DNA of 63,257 bases, the filler included, from Atractiella rhizophila (taxonomy: Eukaryota), in assembly GCA_021432655.1 (NCBI GenBank). It is 9 parts of 7 records of this genome, joined end to end, with 100 filler letters (N's around TTAATTAATTAA, not from the genome) between each part and the next. Parts side by side here need not be neighbours in the genome. Positions count along the whole stretch, not along the records: positions 13,068 to 24,742 come from MU272030.1; positions 24,843 to 36,510 come from MU272031.1; 7 more parts are not named here. One strand, written 5' to 3'. The stretch's first letter is position 1, and the number at the start of each line of letters is the position of its first letter. The notes under the pieces are model-generated. The model saw only the letters and a program-made list of their open reading frames with translations, was not told the origin of the DNA and ran no database searches. The translations under genes were made by a program, and so were the position numbers. Positions 23,566 through 35,900 of the stretch are shown one piece after another.

Positions 23566-24742
23566 ATGTTGACAGCTTCCATGCGAGTGACGCGAGCACG
23601 GACTTGCTGTTCAACTCTCAGCGGAACTCTCAAGTGGTACATCTCGCCTGATCCAGCTCTGAAAAACTGGTATTCCACAGCAACACCTGCGGCGACTTCT
23701 ACACCTTCGACTTCTCATCTCCCTCTTCCTTCGTTGCCATCAACGTCGGGTCTAGCTCCACCTTCAAGACCTAACTTGCTCGAAGGAGGAAGAACGGCTG
23801 GAACTGCAGGAGGAGATGTCCAGTTAAGACCGTATCAGGAAGAGTGTGTAGAGGAGTGTTTAGAAGCTATGCGAAATGGCGTGACGCGCATCGGAGTGTC
23901 CTGTCCCACAGGTCTGTCATTTCTACTTCTTCCTTGTTCTCTTCTTAGTCTCTATCTCTATTATTCATTAGTGTGCAGCCACATACCGAAATTTACATCA
24001 AACCAATAAGCTGTTAAGTTGTAATGTGTTTAGTACATTGTGAATGAATATGAAGACATGCTCCTCTGACGTGCATGCATCTGGATCTTTTGTTGGAAAG
24101 TTGAATTCTGACACATGATAGGGAATGTTTCAATTTCGAAATCCCTGTTGCAACGGAAGGAGATTTCCTAGCCCTCCTTCACATTAGAAAAATATTTCGT
24201 CATGCTTCTTTGTCATTCTTATGACGATGTTCCCTCAACCCCCGAACTCTTTGATGATTCTCCGATGCGATGAGAGAACGGAGAATGGAGAAGTTAGGGG
24301 TAATGCATCTACGGCCTCGCAATGTCCAGTTCAAGTATCGACGAAGAAGTTCTGAATGTCGTATCTCCAATTGTTGGGACGCTTGTGCAGTCCGAGAACA
24401 CTCAACGTATTTCGTATTCGCTAAAGACTGTTGTCTCATAGTTCTTTTGCAAAATTCAGATCTAAGCTGTTAACTGAGTGAAATGGATTCAAACAGGATC
24501 CGGAAAAACCGTTGGCTCCCACTCTTCTCTCCCGATTTTCTCTGAAGAGAGGAAGTTGAACAGACAATATTCACTGAACTCCTCAAACGCTACTCTGACG
24601 CTCTCGACGCCACGGAGGGCGGAGGGAAGAAGATTCTTATCATCGTAAATACCATCCAGTTGGTGAACCAGACGTATGCTCATGTCAAGAAAACATGTCC
24701 GAACAAAGTCTGTCCATCCCCTCCCTCCTGCCTTTCTCGTCC
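23566..24742 (+). CDS. IRC3: Mitochondrial DExH helicase Irc3-like, N-terminal part (3'-truncated by contig end), 585-nt first intron
   Basis: QLRPYQEEC Q-motif; RIGVSCPTG/SGKT Walker A split by intron 23912-24496; FLIIVNTIQLVNQT. Confidence 0.82.
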
Positions 24743-24842
24743 NNNNNNNNNNNNNNNNNNNNNNNNNNNNNNNNNNNNNNNNNNNNTTAATTAATTAANN
24801 NNNNNNNNNNNNNNNNNNNNNNNNNNNNNNNNNNNNNNNNNN

Positions 24843-25688
24843 CATGAAGAGTTGCGAGATCTGTATCATCGCACTTCAAGTCGAGCAGCAGTGATTGCTT
24901 CTAGTTGCTGGGCGGCCGTTAAGGATGGAGAGGTGATAGGAACCGTGGCTTGGTTGGTGTCATCTTCCTTATATGGCTGCTTCTCATGCAACGTGTAGGT
25001 ATCCTCCTGGAAAGAGTCTCATGGGCGAGTACGCAGTCTACTTCCACGTCTCCATCATCTCTGACCGTGCCAATTTTCGACCATTGGCACAGTCCGAAAG
25101 AAGCTGACGAACTGCAAGTGTTATTCCACGCAGTGGGGCACAATCATCCCTCGCTGATCGAGCATTGGACACAAGACTTCCTCGTGCGTCCTCCTCTCAC
25201 GCATGCGCCTTCCCGCTGAAAGAAAACCAGCCAGCAGAGGCACGGATCGCATCCACCTATTTCAAGGAATACGCCACTCGCGGCGATCCAGAAGGAAAAC
25301 ATGTTCTGACAAAAAGTTGGACATTATACGGCCTCGCTGTCCGGCCCAAATATCAGCGGAAAGGAGTGGGACGGAAGTTGATGTCGATCGGGATGGAAGC
25401 TGTGCGTCCCTTCTCTAACGCTCCCCCTTTGAATTGACCTTGATGCGGGGTGGCATGTCGGATAGGCTAAGCGCGATGGTGCAAAGGTCATCATCCCGAA
25501 AACGGACGATAAGTGGCAGGTAGAGATGTTTGAGCGGATGGGATTCAAGGTCGTCGGTTTTGAAACGATCAAGGGTTCGTCATTTGTTCCACTCTGCTTC
25601 CTTTCATCCTTCGGGGATGCTTACGGCGGCGGCTTCAGGCACTGACGGTGCTCCAGAACCGTTCGACATGACGGTACTGATCCTGTAG
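24843..25688 (+). CDS. GNAT-family acetyltransferase (5' end uncertain, at contig start)
   Basis: LAVRPKYQRKGVGRKLM (acetyl-CoA motif A), MFERMGFKVVG; short introns; stop TAG ending at 25688. Confidence 0.8.
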
Positions 25689-26108
25689 CGGCTTCCCTGT
25701 GTTCTGTACGAAAAGAGGAAGAATTCTGTACTTGTTTGAAGTGTACACGGTATCAAGAAGCTAGTCTAATTATTTGTCAAACCGTTCATGCGGATCTTTT
25801 GCTCCTTTACTGCTGTCGCACTGCCCTCTCTGTTTCGACTGGCTTTAGTGTTTCTCTCACGGAGACACACCAGTGCCTTAAACGGTTGCTGTATAGACGC
25901 GTTGCCTGCGTGTGATAGAGCTTAAGCTAAAACACAAAAAATACGAAGGATCATCTGTTGTATCCACAAAGGGTTCACATCAATGTACGATGCGACGATA
26001 CTCAGCATTCAAACTGATTGAGAAATAACTGCGATGTACATACGAACCATTGACTGCCTATAAGGTTCGAGATAGCATGACAAAACCGAATTCCATGCCT
26101 AAAGTTAC

Positions 26109-27097
26109 TCAAAGATCTTCATCATCTACAGCATCAGCTGCGCTTATAGGGAGCCTCTCATATTCGCTTCTCTTCGCAACCTTCACATCTTCAAACAACT
26201 TTCTAGCTTCTTCCACACTCAATCCGCGAGTCTCAGGCATCTGCGCAAAGACACAAAAGAATGCCTGTTCCAGTCATGTGTAGTAAGCAATTATTCACGA
26301 TGGGGACAAGATTCCTGAAATGTACGCACCAACACACAAACCCCACCATATAACGTCCAGGTTCCTCTCGTCCCCAAAATCCGCAAGAGCTCAAGAAAAG
26401 TCATACTAACGAGAGCATTGGAAGCCCAGTTCACGCCCGTGGCGATGCTGTTAGCGGTTGCTCGATCCTCATAAGCGAAGATCTCGGATTGAACTATCCA
26501 AGGCTGTTGATACCTGTAGCGTCAGAGAAGAAACAGGACAGGAACAGGGAGGCATACTATGTTACCCATGCCAACGCTGTAGCTTGAAACGTAAACAATC
26601 ATACCTCCCACCTTTCCAAACAGCCCAGCATCCCCAAAAACAGAGCCATGACACCCATTCCAATAGCCATTCCCGCCAAACTGAAATAAAGTTGTTCCCC
26701 TCCTGCCTAATGCTCCATCAACGAGTCTAAAGGATACAAAAGTACAGAGGAAGTTGGATATGGCGACTGGTAACGAGAGGATAGGGGCTGGAATAGAAGT
26801 TGTCGTATCACCATCGATTGATGACGCGAGGAGAGATGTTGAGAAATACATGAGAGTATTGAATCCAGTTGATTGTTGAAAGAACTGTAGGGATACGCTA
26901 AGCGCAGTGGCCGGAAGGGGAGGGAGTTTCCACTTAGAAACCTGGCGGGATGATTCCCTGGAGGAGGAGATGACTTGAGCGATGACCCTGTCTGGCATAT
27001 TTGGTGAGCCGGGATAGACGTGCAAGAGAACTTCGCGAGCGGAGGAGAGACGGTCGTTGAGGATTAAGAAGCGCGGAGATTCGGGAGAGATAATGTG
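26109..27097 (-). CDS. MFS sugar-porter (myo-inositol-transporter-like), C-terminal half; upstream part lies in N gap 27098-27870
   Basis: PESPRFL, LQFFQQSTGFNTLMYFS, GRR, NWASNALVS, MPETRGLSVEE. Confidence 0.85.
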
Positions 27098-27939
27098 NNN
27101 NNNNNNNNNNNNNNNNNNNNNNNNNNNNNNNNNNNNNNNNNNNNNNNNNNNNNNNNNNNNNNNNNNNNNNNNNNNNNNNNNNNNNNNNNNNNNNNNNNNN
27201 NNNNNNNNNNNNNNNNNNNNNNNNNNNNNNNNNNNNNNNNNNNNNNNNNNNNNNNNNNNNNNNNNNNNNNNNNNNNNNNNNNNNNNNNNNNNNNNNNNNN
27301 NNNNNNNNNNNNNNNNNNNNNNNNNNNNNNNNNNNNNNNNNNNNNNNNNNNNNNNNNNNNNNNNNNNNNNNNNNNNNNNNNNNNNNNNNNNNNNNNNNNN
27401 NNNNNNNNNNNNNNNNNNNNNNNNNNNNNNNNNNNNNNNNNNNNNNNNNNNNNNNNNNNNNNNNNNNNNNNNNNNNNNNNNNNNNNNNNNNNNNNNNNNN
27501 NNNNNNNNNNNNNNNNNNNNNNNNNNNNNNNNNNNNNNNNNNNNNNNNNNNNNNNNNNNNNNNNNNNNNNNNNNNNNNNNNNNNNNNNNNNNNNNNNNNN
27601 NNNNNNNNNNNNNNNNNNNNNNNNNNNNNNNNNNNNNNNNNNNNNNNNNNNNNNNNNNNNNNNNNNNNNNNNNNNNNNNNNNNNNNNNNNNNNNNNNNNN
27701 NNNNNNNNNNNNNNNNNNNNNNNNNNNNNNNNNNNNNNNNNNNNNNNNNNNNNNNNNNNNNNNNNNNNNNNNNNNNNNNNNNNNNNNNNNNNNNNNNNNN
27801 NNNNNNNNNNNNNNNNNNNNNNNNNNNNNNNNNNNNNNNNNNNNNNNNNNNNNNNNNNNNNNNNNNNNNNTTGGTGGTGGAGCACCATTGGACAAAGTTA
27901 AACTATAGAAATAATTTCGGAGCTCCCGAAATATAACAA

Positions 27940-28021
27940 GCTCTCGTGGCCAAGTTGGCTAAGGCGCTCCCCTAGTATTACTAATAGGGAGAGATCGCCG
28001 GTTCGAATCCGGTCGAGAGCA
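27940..28021 (+). tRNA. tRNA-Thr(AGT) with an 8-nt intron
   Basis: Acceptor stem GCTCTCG/CGAGAGC; D arm GCCAAGTTGGCTAAGGC; anticodon stem CTCCC/GGGAG around CT-AGT-A-[TTACTAAT]-A; T loop GGTTCGAATCC; followed by a T-run. Confidence 0.92.
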
Positions 28022-28031
28022 TTTCTTTTTT
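28022..28031 (+). terminator. RNA polymerase III poly(T) terminator
   Basis: TTTCTTTTTT immediately after the tRNA. Confidence 0.75.
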
Positions 28032-28323
28032 ATGTGCTTTCATGGAACCCCGTTTCAGCTTTTTGCTCCATTCATTCTCCAAAGAATGTTACCGTTGACA
28101 TCATGAAGCGAAGCAACTGTTTTCTAGATAGTTACACTCGCCACTTAACTTTGAAGGCGTCGAAAGCTATTACGAATTAATGACGCTGCGTGTCCACGTG
28201 TCCCAAGTTCTTTCGTTGCAACCCACGCCTGTTGTCTTGAGCCTCTGAAACACAATGTCAGCTGCTGCTTGTGTAGATGGGTCGAGCTTGGCTCTCCGTC
28301 AATCACAACACAGCAACGAGAGG

Positions 28324-29698
28324 TTAATGGAAACTCACATGCGTGTCAAATTTAACACCAACGTCTTTGAGTTTCGGAAGTGTCCCAGTTTCAACTGCCT
28401 TCGATATGTCGTCGAGGCCACGTATCGCTAAAGATGTGGGCAGAGCGATGGCTAAGTCTAACACCTGCAGCTTTGGATATACGAAACGCAAGGCCTGATT
28501 CAGGGTATCGTCAACTTGAATATGATTGCCGAACAGTGACATTGCTTGCAAATTCAGAGTTAAAGATTGAAGACTGCAGAAAAGCGGTAGGCTACCAGAG
28601 TATTGCAGTATGAGAAGGGTCGGGATGGGGGAGAGAGCACAGTCGACCCTCAAAATGCATTCTTGAAGCTTCAAACAAATGGTAGACTGCAGCAGCATCT
28701 CAACTGCAAGCGAGCCAAGCATGTAGCAAGACGTAACATCTAAGCGAGACAACAAAAATTCGTAAGCTTTCGATGGAGGGCACTGGATCGCGAAATTCGT
28801 GATATCAAGAGTCTGAAGAGCCGCGAACTTGTCAAGTTCTGGCACAATCTGATCTAGAGTGACAGACTTCAAGGCAGCCTCCAGACGAAGCGAAGAAAGT
28901 CGAGGTAAAATTGGAAGCACTAGATGGTCCACCGTCAACATCCCAAAATGGATCAGATTAGGGAGAGACAGCAATATGTTTGAGAGTTCTTCCAGATTGG
29001 AGAGCATTCTTTCGTCAAGCAGAAGATGCCTCAAAGATCCTCTAACGGAGGTGGGAGGGACAAACGGGCGTTGGACACCTGTGTAAAGATATCCCCCCAT
29101 CTCAACTCTCAAAATGAGTGTGGTCACCTTTGGAGCTTCGAAGCGTCCGTTCAAAATAGACATCGCGGGGACCCGGAAATTTTCGAGCTCAAGATGGCGT
29201 AGCTTGGGGTATCCGGTATAAAAGAGAGGAACAACCTCAAACAAATCATACCAGCCGAAGATGAATGGGGGTGCAGCTTGAAGATAGAGCAGGGTTAGGT
29301 TCGAAAGGGCAGGTATGATCGGAAGCTTCATCCTAAGGTCACCGACAAGGACGATAAGGCTGCACAAGACGGATCGTGCCTCCTTAGGGATTCTGTTAAA
29401 GTTTGGTACCCTATACTCTATGTCTGATGAGCGCTGACTAGGTGTTGAAGGAAGCAGAGTAAGATGCCGCAAGTATTTGGCGGTTGCTGTATTGTGTCTC
29501 AGCAGCCGAACAAACGTTCCCATCTTCCGGTGAGTGACGCCGACATCCGCGTAGAGCACGGAAAGAGCTAGAGGATAGAGGTCTCTGTTGAGCGTCAGAA
29601 TATTGACAAAGTCTGGGCTAGTTAGTTGAGGATCGGAATTGATGTGCTGGAAAATAACTCGAATGACCTCCCTTGGAAGAGAAAGAAATGTGGCCATT
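28324..29698 (-). CDS. Intronless F-box-like / LRR-like protein
   Basis: MATFLSLPREVIRVIFQHI (F-box-like start at 29698); repeated LxxLxL motifs (LRHLTL, LRHLEL, LQTLDI, LQSLTL). The ORF extends upstream to 29892. Confidence 0.7.
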
Positions 29699-30317
29699 GT
29701 GATAGCGACGTAATCAAACGTATCCGCTCTATCAGCGAGTAGAAAACTCCTGAGGTACGTCGTGTCGTCTGAGTGTTTCAAGTTGTTCGTCAGGCATCGT
29801 TTCCAGTTTCTCTGGTGAGATTCAACTTGTGACTCACCAAGGACGTCAGAGCAGAGTTGAGAAGGATCGCTCACTGGTGTTACGTTGTTCACATCTGCTT
29901 CAGCTTGCCATTTTTACCCTCCCTTTTTGCGCACATCTCTCTTCCGCAATCTTCCCTCAAGAATTTGTGCTGGGTGTGTCTCCCCGCTTTACAACAACCT
30001 CTGATCGTTAGGGGTCTTTCTCGAGCAACCCTCAGAGCTGCGTTCTTAGTGTCAGAGCTTCTGTCTCTTGTAGCCTTGTTTGAGAACTTCATTTTTCCGT
30101 GAGTGAGTAATAAAACTCGGCATCGGGGCCAAGGCAGCGTGTTTGGATGCATCATCCATCCATGTTCAACTTTAAAGACCGCTCGTTACAATAAAAGAGC
30201 CGTTAAGCAAGGTCAGGCTGCAAACAACTACAGATAATCACTACCAACACAAAGAGCTTAACCACGACTGGAAATATAAAGATAAACTTGAACACTCCAA
30301 CCCATCTAACAACTATC

Positions 30318-32262
30318 TTACTCGTTGCGAACGACAGTGAAAACTATAGAGAGAAAGAAAAGGAAAATACACAAGAGACCCGGTATTTGAGAAACGATGA
30401 GTTTCATCAACGCGCTTGCTGAAAGTTGTCCGGGAAGCTCAATATTGACAAGCGTTCGTCGAGGGAAGAAAAGTGTTCTGTTGAGCAATCTGAGCCTGTC
30501 AGGTCGTCTAACATTCATCTCCTGCTTCTTGACCAGCTCCGGCTGCTTCTCACAAATCACCTGCCTATAACCCTCGATCACTGTATCCATGCACCTTTCC
30601 CATGTCATCGTTGCAGCGAATTCGGCAGCAAGTTTCCCCATACGTTGCCGCCTCGACGAGTCCTCAATGAGTTCTCGACAGAGGGATGCGTATTCGGAGG
30701 CAAGAGGCAGAAAGGTGGATGATTCTGGTTTGAAAACTCCGGGAAGAAATTCGGTTTCTGGTAAATTGAGCAGCAGCCCTCGTTCACTTGAAATCAGGTC
30801 CTTGACCCCTTCTGCACAAAGGCCGACGACGGGGAGACCGCTAGCTTGAGCTTCCAGGACAACTTGACCCTACCAAAAGCATGAACAGTGACTTTGGCAA
30901 GTGGAGGAGAAGGCAGGACGCACGAAGGTTTCGGTCCAACTGGGAAATGCAAAGATGTCCGAACTGGCATATATCTCTGCGAGCTCTTCCCCTTTCTTGA
31001 ATCCTTCAAACGTCACTTTCTCCTGCAGCCCGAACTCCACACATAGAGCCTCCATCCCTTCTCTTGCTGGTCCATCGCCTACGAGAACGAGTCTGAGGTC
31101 ATTTTGTGACAAAGAGGAGGAGAGTAGTCGAAAAGCTTCTATGAGGAGACGCAGATTCTTTTCCCAGCTCAATCGGCCAACGTAAAGCAGGACCGTACCA
31201 CTCTGTGAGGTAGAAGAGAAGGACGAAGAGAACCACTTTGTTCTGCGAGAAAGTGAACGGCGAGAAGGAGAAAAGATCTTGGTGTATACACCTCGAGACC
31301 AGATTCGTAAGTTGTGGGGAGAAATGCCTCTCTCTGAGAGGACTTGGGCAGTCGAGGCGGACGGTACAAGAGTCAACGATAAACTGCTCGAGCAGTAACG
31401 ATTAGCTTTGATTTTGGACGAAGGAGAGAGGACAGATGGAAAAAATCCATACGTTTGATACACCCATTTTTGGAGGGACCAGCAGAGACCATTCATCCGT
31501 GGCATACCAAAAAGTTGCAGATACGTCGCGATGTTCGTGTGGTATGATCCGATGAGGGGAATGTTTGGGAAAGCTCTTCGAACAAAAGGTATCCTAACCG
31601 CACACCTTTAAAATTGCACTAGGAATTAAGGGGAAAACAACTAACGTCTGGACACCCAACCAAATTGGGTCAACAAAGTGAATTACATCAGGTCCAAATG
31701 CTCTCATTCGCCGAATCATGGAAGGAGTGAAGAAATTGAGCTTGAGACCTTCGCCGTAGATGTTGAAGAGAGAAAGAGGGATTCCGAGCGTGCCCATGTA
31801 TTCGTAGTCTCTGCTCTCCTATTCACCGCAATAGTCACCTCAATTTACGCAAGGTATGGCTGTCAGACGCACCGTCCCTCCTGACGGTCCAATGACCAAC
31901 ACTTTATGACCCCGAGATTTTAAGTGTGACAGAAGCATGAACAATGTCCTCGTCACGCCGTCTAAACTTATCGCGGTCATTGAGAAAGGTGAAACAATGA
32001 CAAGAAAGCTATAATGCGTACCAGTCTTCGGTAAGAAGTTCTCAGTGATAATCACAATCTTCAGCTTACCGGCCCCAGAGACATTATCATCTTCTCCATC
32101 GATAGTCGTGGCAGCAGTGACGGATGCAGCGTAGTTTGAGAAGGAAGTTATTGTTGGAGAAGCGGGAGAGAGGACGGGAGAATCAACAGCGTCGTTGTCA
32201 TTTTGACTCGTAAACTGGACATCAAAGTAGCTGGGAGCTACGAGTGGCGTAAAGGCAGCCAT
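30318..32262 (-). CDS. GT4 glycosyltransferase, SQD2/MgtA(PimB)-like, with a C-terminal hydrophobic anchor
   Basis: KIVIITENFLPK..GVTRTL, PDVIHFVDP, SYHTNIATY, IWSRGV, LLYVGRLSWEKN, VGDGPAR, FAFPSWTETFGQVVLEAQASGLPVV (EX7E). Confidence 0.88.
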
Positions 32263-32974
32263 TCCGTATGGGAAATAGGAATATGACCAATTGGTGACAG
32301 ACCGGAGGTACCACGGTCCAATCTATAAGTACTTCCAGCATATAAAACGTTCGACCCATGCCACTTTAGCTGAAAAGGCAAGTCTAGAAATGGTATCTAG
32401 GAAAGGAAAGGCTGATCGAGATGAGCAGTAAGGGGCTCCCTCAAGCTCAAGATTACGAGAGAACGTTCACTCTGCGCTCTGGGGGGTTACGTCGTGAAAG
32501 ACGAGGCACGTTCCACGACATGACGAGAACGTGAGCTCCGGATATGTAAGAAAGCTCTCTGCCGTCTCTTTGCCGCATTATGGCCAATGTTTGTGCTGAA
32601 ATTGATAGGGAGTTGTGTTCATGATAAGAAGTCTCGCCTTAGAAATCAGCAGGGTGTTAGACGTATCATCCTCGGTTGCCTTTGCACTGTTTGCTGGTGA
32701 CACAGCTTGAACCGTGGAGTAACCATCCTGGGACAAATGGCCATGGCGAACCACAACGCCTCGAGCCTTTCATGCCGTGGAGGACCGAAAATGAAAAATG
32801 AAAAGAAAAGAGTATCTTCTCCCTTTCGCTCTGCAGGTCTGACTCCTAAATTGCACGTGATCAGGATCGGAAGGACGTACCGTTTTGATGTCGTTGATGT
32901 TCGCATTATCTCATCACTGATCCATCCCACTGTTGCCCAGCTCGCCTCCGCTCCACTGGTCGTACTAGCAGAAG

Positions 32975-35900
32975 ATGGGACATCTAGTTGTAGTCGCCAC
33001 CTGCTCGTTGAACCAATGGGCTCTAGACTTCGAGGGCAACCTCGAACGGATCAAGTCGTCTATCATTATTGCTAAGGAAAGAGGAGCGAGGTTAAGGGTG
33101 GGCCCTGAGCTTGAGATTTGGTACGCCTCCTAAGGTCTCTGCAGGGAATGTGCTGGTCTTTTGAAATGATGATTTGGGACTCTTAAAAGATGTTCGATCA
33201 ACTTCGATGAAGTTGCTACTCCTCTGCTCAACCTGTTGCTTGTATTGGCTTGAGAGGAACAGATGAGCCAGCCTCCTCAAACTATTGCATCAGGCGGGTC
33301 AGTCTAAACTATTGAACAGCAGCACATTTGCCAACCCGCAGCTTCGCAGAGCTGAGCTGAGTGAGAGAGGTATACTGACCGCTTTTCTCTTTCAGTGGAT
33401 ACGGTTGCGCGGACCACTTTCTCGAAGGAGACACGATCCTCCACTCCTTCGAAGTTCTCAAAGAGCTGCTCCTCTTCACCCGTCCCGGCGAACCAGGCGA
33501 TGAAATCATAATCGACACAGGCATGCCCGTGAATCACAAGAACGTGATTTACAACTGTAGAATTATCGTGTTTAATGGAAAGATACTGCTCATTCGGCCG
33601 AAGATGTGGATGGCAAATTCGGGAAATTATAGAGAGCTTAGGTGGTTTACACCGTGGGGCAAACATAGACAGGTGGAGGATACCTTTTTGCCGAGGATGA
33701 TAAAGGAGGTTACGGGTCAAGTAAGTCTTTCTATTCACGACGTAGTGAAAGATAGAGAGGGTCGAGCGCCATGCCTCCTCTCAATATCAGACAATGAAGT
33801 CGTCCAATATTTCATGGATGCTAGCGAGATTTTAAGTAGATCTGACTTTGACATTATTTTGCATGGTAGACAACAGTGCCCTTTGGAGACGCTCTCATCT
33901 CCACCTACGACACTTGCATTGGTATTGAGCTCTGCGAAGAATTGTTCACGCCTGCCTCGTGCGTTTGTCCACGTAAATTCCTCTCTGTCATCGCTTTAAC
34001 ATTTCTTTGGATTTGGGATAGGCCACACATCCTCATGGGTCTTGACGGTGCTGAAATCTTTACGAATTCTTCAGGCTCACACCACGAGCTTCGAAAACTG
34101 GACACACGAATAAACCTCATGTTGGAGGCGACAACCAAAGTTGGTTTATCTCTCCTCTGCTAGGATTAATGATCAATATGGAGGTTAGTTGGGAGGCGTT
34201 TATCTTTATTCCAATCAGCAAGGATGCGATGGTGACGCTCGGTTGTACTATGACGGTTGTGCTCTAGTCGCCATGAATGGAGCGGTCCTCGCTCAAGGCT
34301 CGCAGTTCAGTTTACAAGATGTGGAAGTCGTCACTTCTACCATCGACCTTGAAGATATTAGGAGCTATAGGAATGGGATGAATAGCTGGAGACAGCAAGC
34401 GGATAAAGCGGAGAGTTATAAGCGTATCGAGGTACCTTTTGCACTCAGCACGGGGAAAAGCGAAGATTTGCTGGTGATGGAACTGGGAATGAAGCAGGAG
34501 GTGAGATACCATCGACCGGAGGAGGAGATTGCGTGTGTACCACTCGCGTCTGTCTAGAATTGTTACTTAGCTTGTTTTAGTTTAGGACCAGCTTGTTGGC
34601 TCTGGGATTATCTGCGTCGTTCAAGGACCGCAGGCTATTTCGTCCCACTTAGCGGAGGAATCGATAGCTGTGCAACGGCAGTGATCACCTACTCGATGTG
34701 TAGGCAGGTGGTGAAAGCCGTAAGCCAAAAAAGTACGTTCAGCCTGCCTTCCTCCTCCATCGGACAGGAGGTACTGACGGATATGAGAATAGACAAACAG
34801 GTCATTCTTGATGCTCGACGAATAGCTGGCGAACCTGAAGGCTCCTCCTATGAGCCGACTGACCCAAAAGAGTTCTGTGGTCGCATCTTCCACACTTGCT
34901 ATATGGGAACAGAGAACTCGTCAAACGATACACGGAAGAGGGCTAAAGATCTTGCAGCAGCTATCGGAGCGTACGCATTCCTCTTAACCCTCATCTGTCC
35001 TTGCCATGCTAAGAGGGGAACGAGTAGTTACCACGTTGATCTCAATATGGATACAATTGTGACATCTATTCGAAACCTCTTCGCATACGTTACGGGTCAG
35101 AAACCTCGGTTCAAGGTGCATGGAGGAACAGAAGCGGAGAATTTGGCGCTGCAGAACATCCAAGCCCGGTTACGGATGTTGCTCGCCTACCTCTTCGCTC
35201 AGCTCCTACCGTGGGTACGAGGAAAAGTTGGCGGCCTGCTCGTTCTTGGAAGCGCAAACGTGGATGAGTCGTATGGTCCCATCCCTTTCTTCCTGTCACG
35301 GCGTTGATGAGTGCATTGCAGATTAAGAGGCTATTTGACCAAGTACGACTGTTCGTCGGCTGATATCAATCCCATTGGAGCGATAAGTAAGACGGACCTG
35401 AAGCGTTTCATTGCTTTCGCAAGAGACGACTTTGACCTCCCCGTCCTGGATGAATTCCTGAATGCTGTACCTACTGCCGAACTCGAGCCCATCACGGAAC
35501 AATATGTGCAAGCAGATGAGGTGAGCTATCCTGCCTACATCTTCCCGTCCATTGACTCAGAGTTGATTCTATGCTGTGATTAGGCAGACATGGGCATGAC
35601 TTACGACGAATTAAGTATGTTCGGACGATTGAGAAAGCAAGAAAAGTGTGGACCGTATAGCATGTACACCAAGTTGTTAGCTCAATGGGGCGCTAAGTAT
35701 TCGCCTCTGGAGGTAAAGAGCTCTTTTCTCACTCTTTCGATAATGAACCGACACCACTTTTGTCCTGTCTGATTGTAGATCGCCAGAAAGGTCAAACTGT
35801 TCTTCTTCGAATATGCGCGGAATAGACACAAAATGACCACCATTACACCAGCATATCACGCTGTACGCTCCACATCCTTCTTATCCTCAAACTCATCAGT

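Noticed and set aside
26522..27908. Long ORFs (268-457 aa) in the ORF track
   Set aside because: They read through N gap 27098-27870; the same applies to ORFs crossing 46001-46109 and 50349-50557.
33166..33345. QNS1 intron 1 as U13/snR45, U3, SRP, RNase MRP or telomerase RNA
   Set aside because: Only imperfect resemblance to 18S 3'-end antisense elements; diagnostic motifs of the others, including a CTAACCCTAA template, were not seen.
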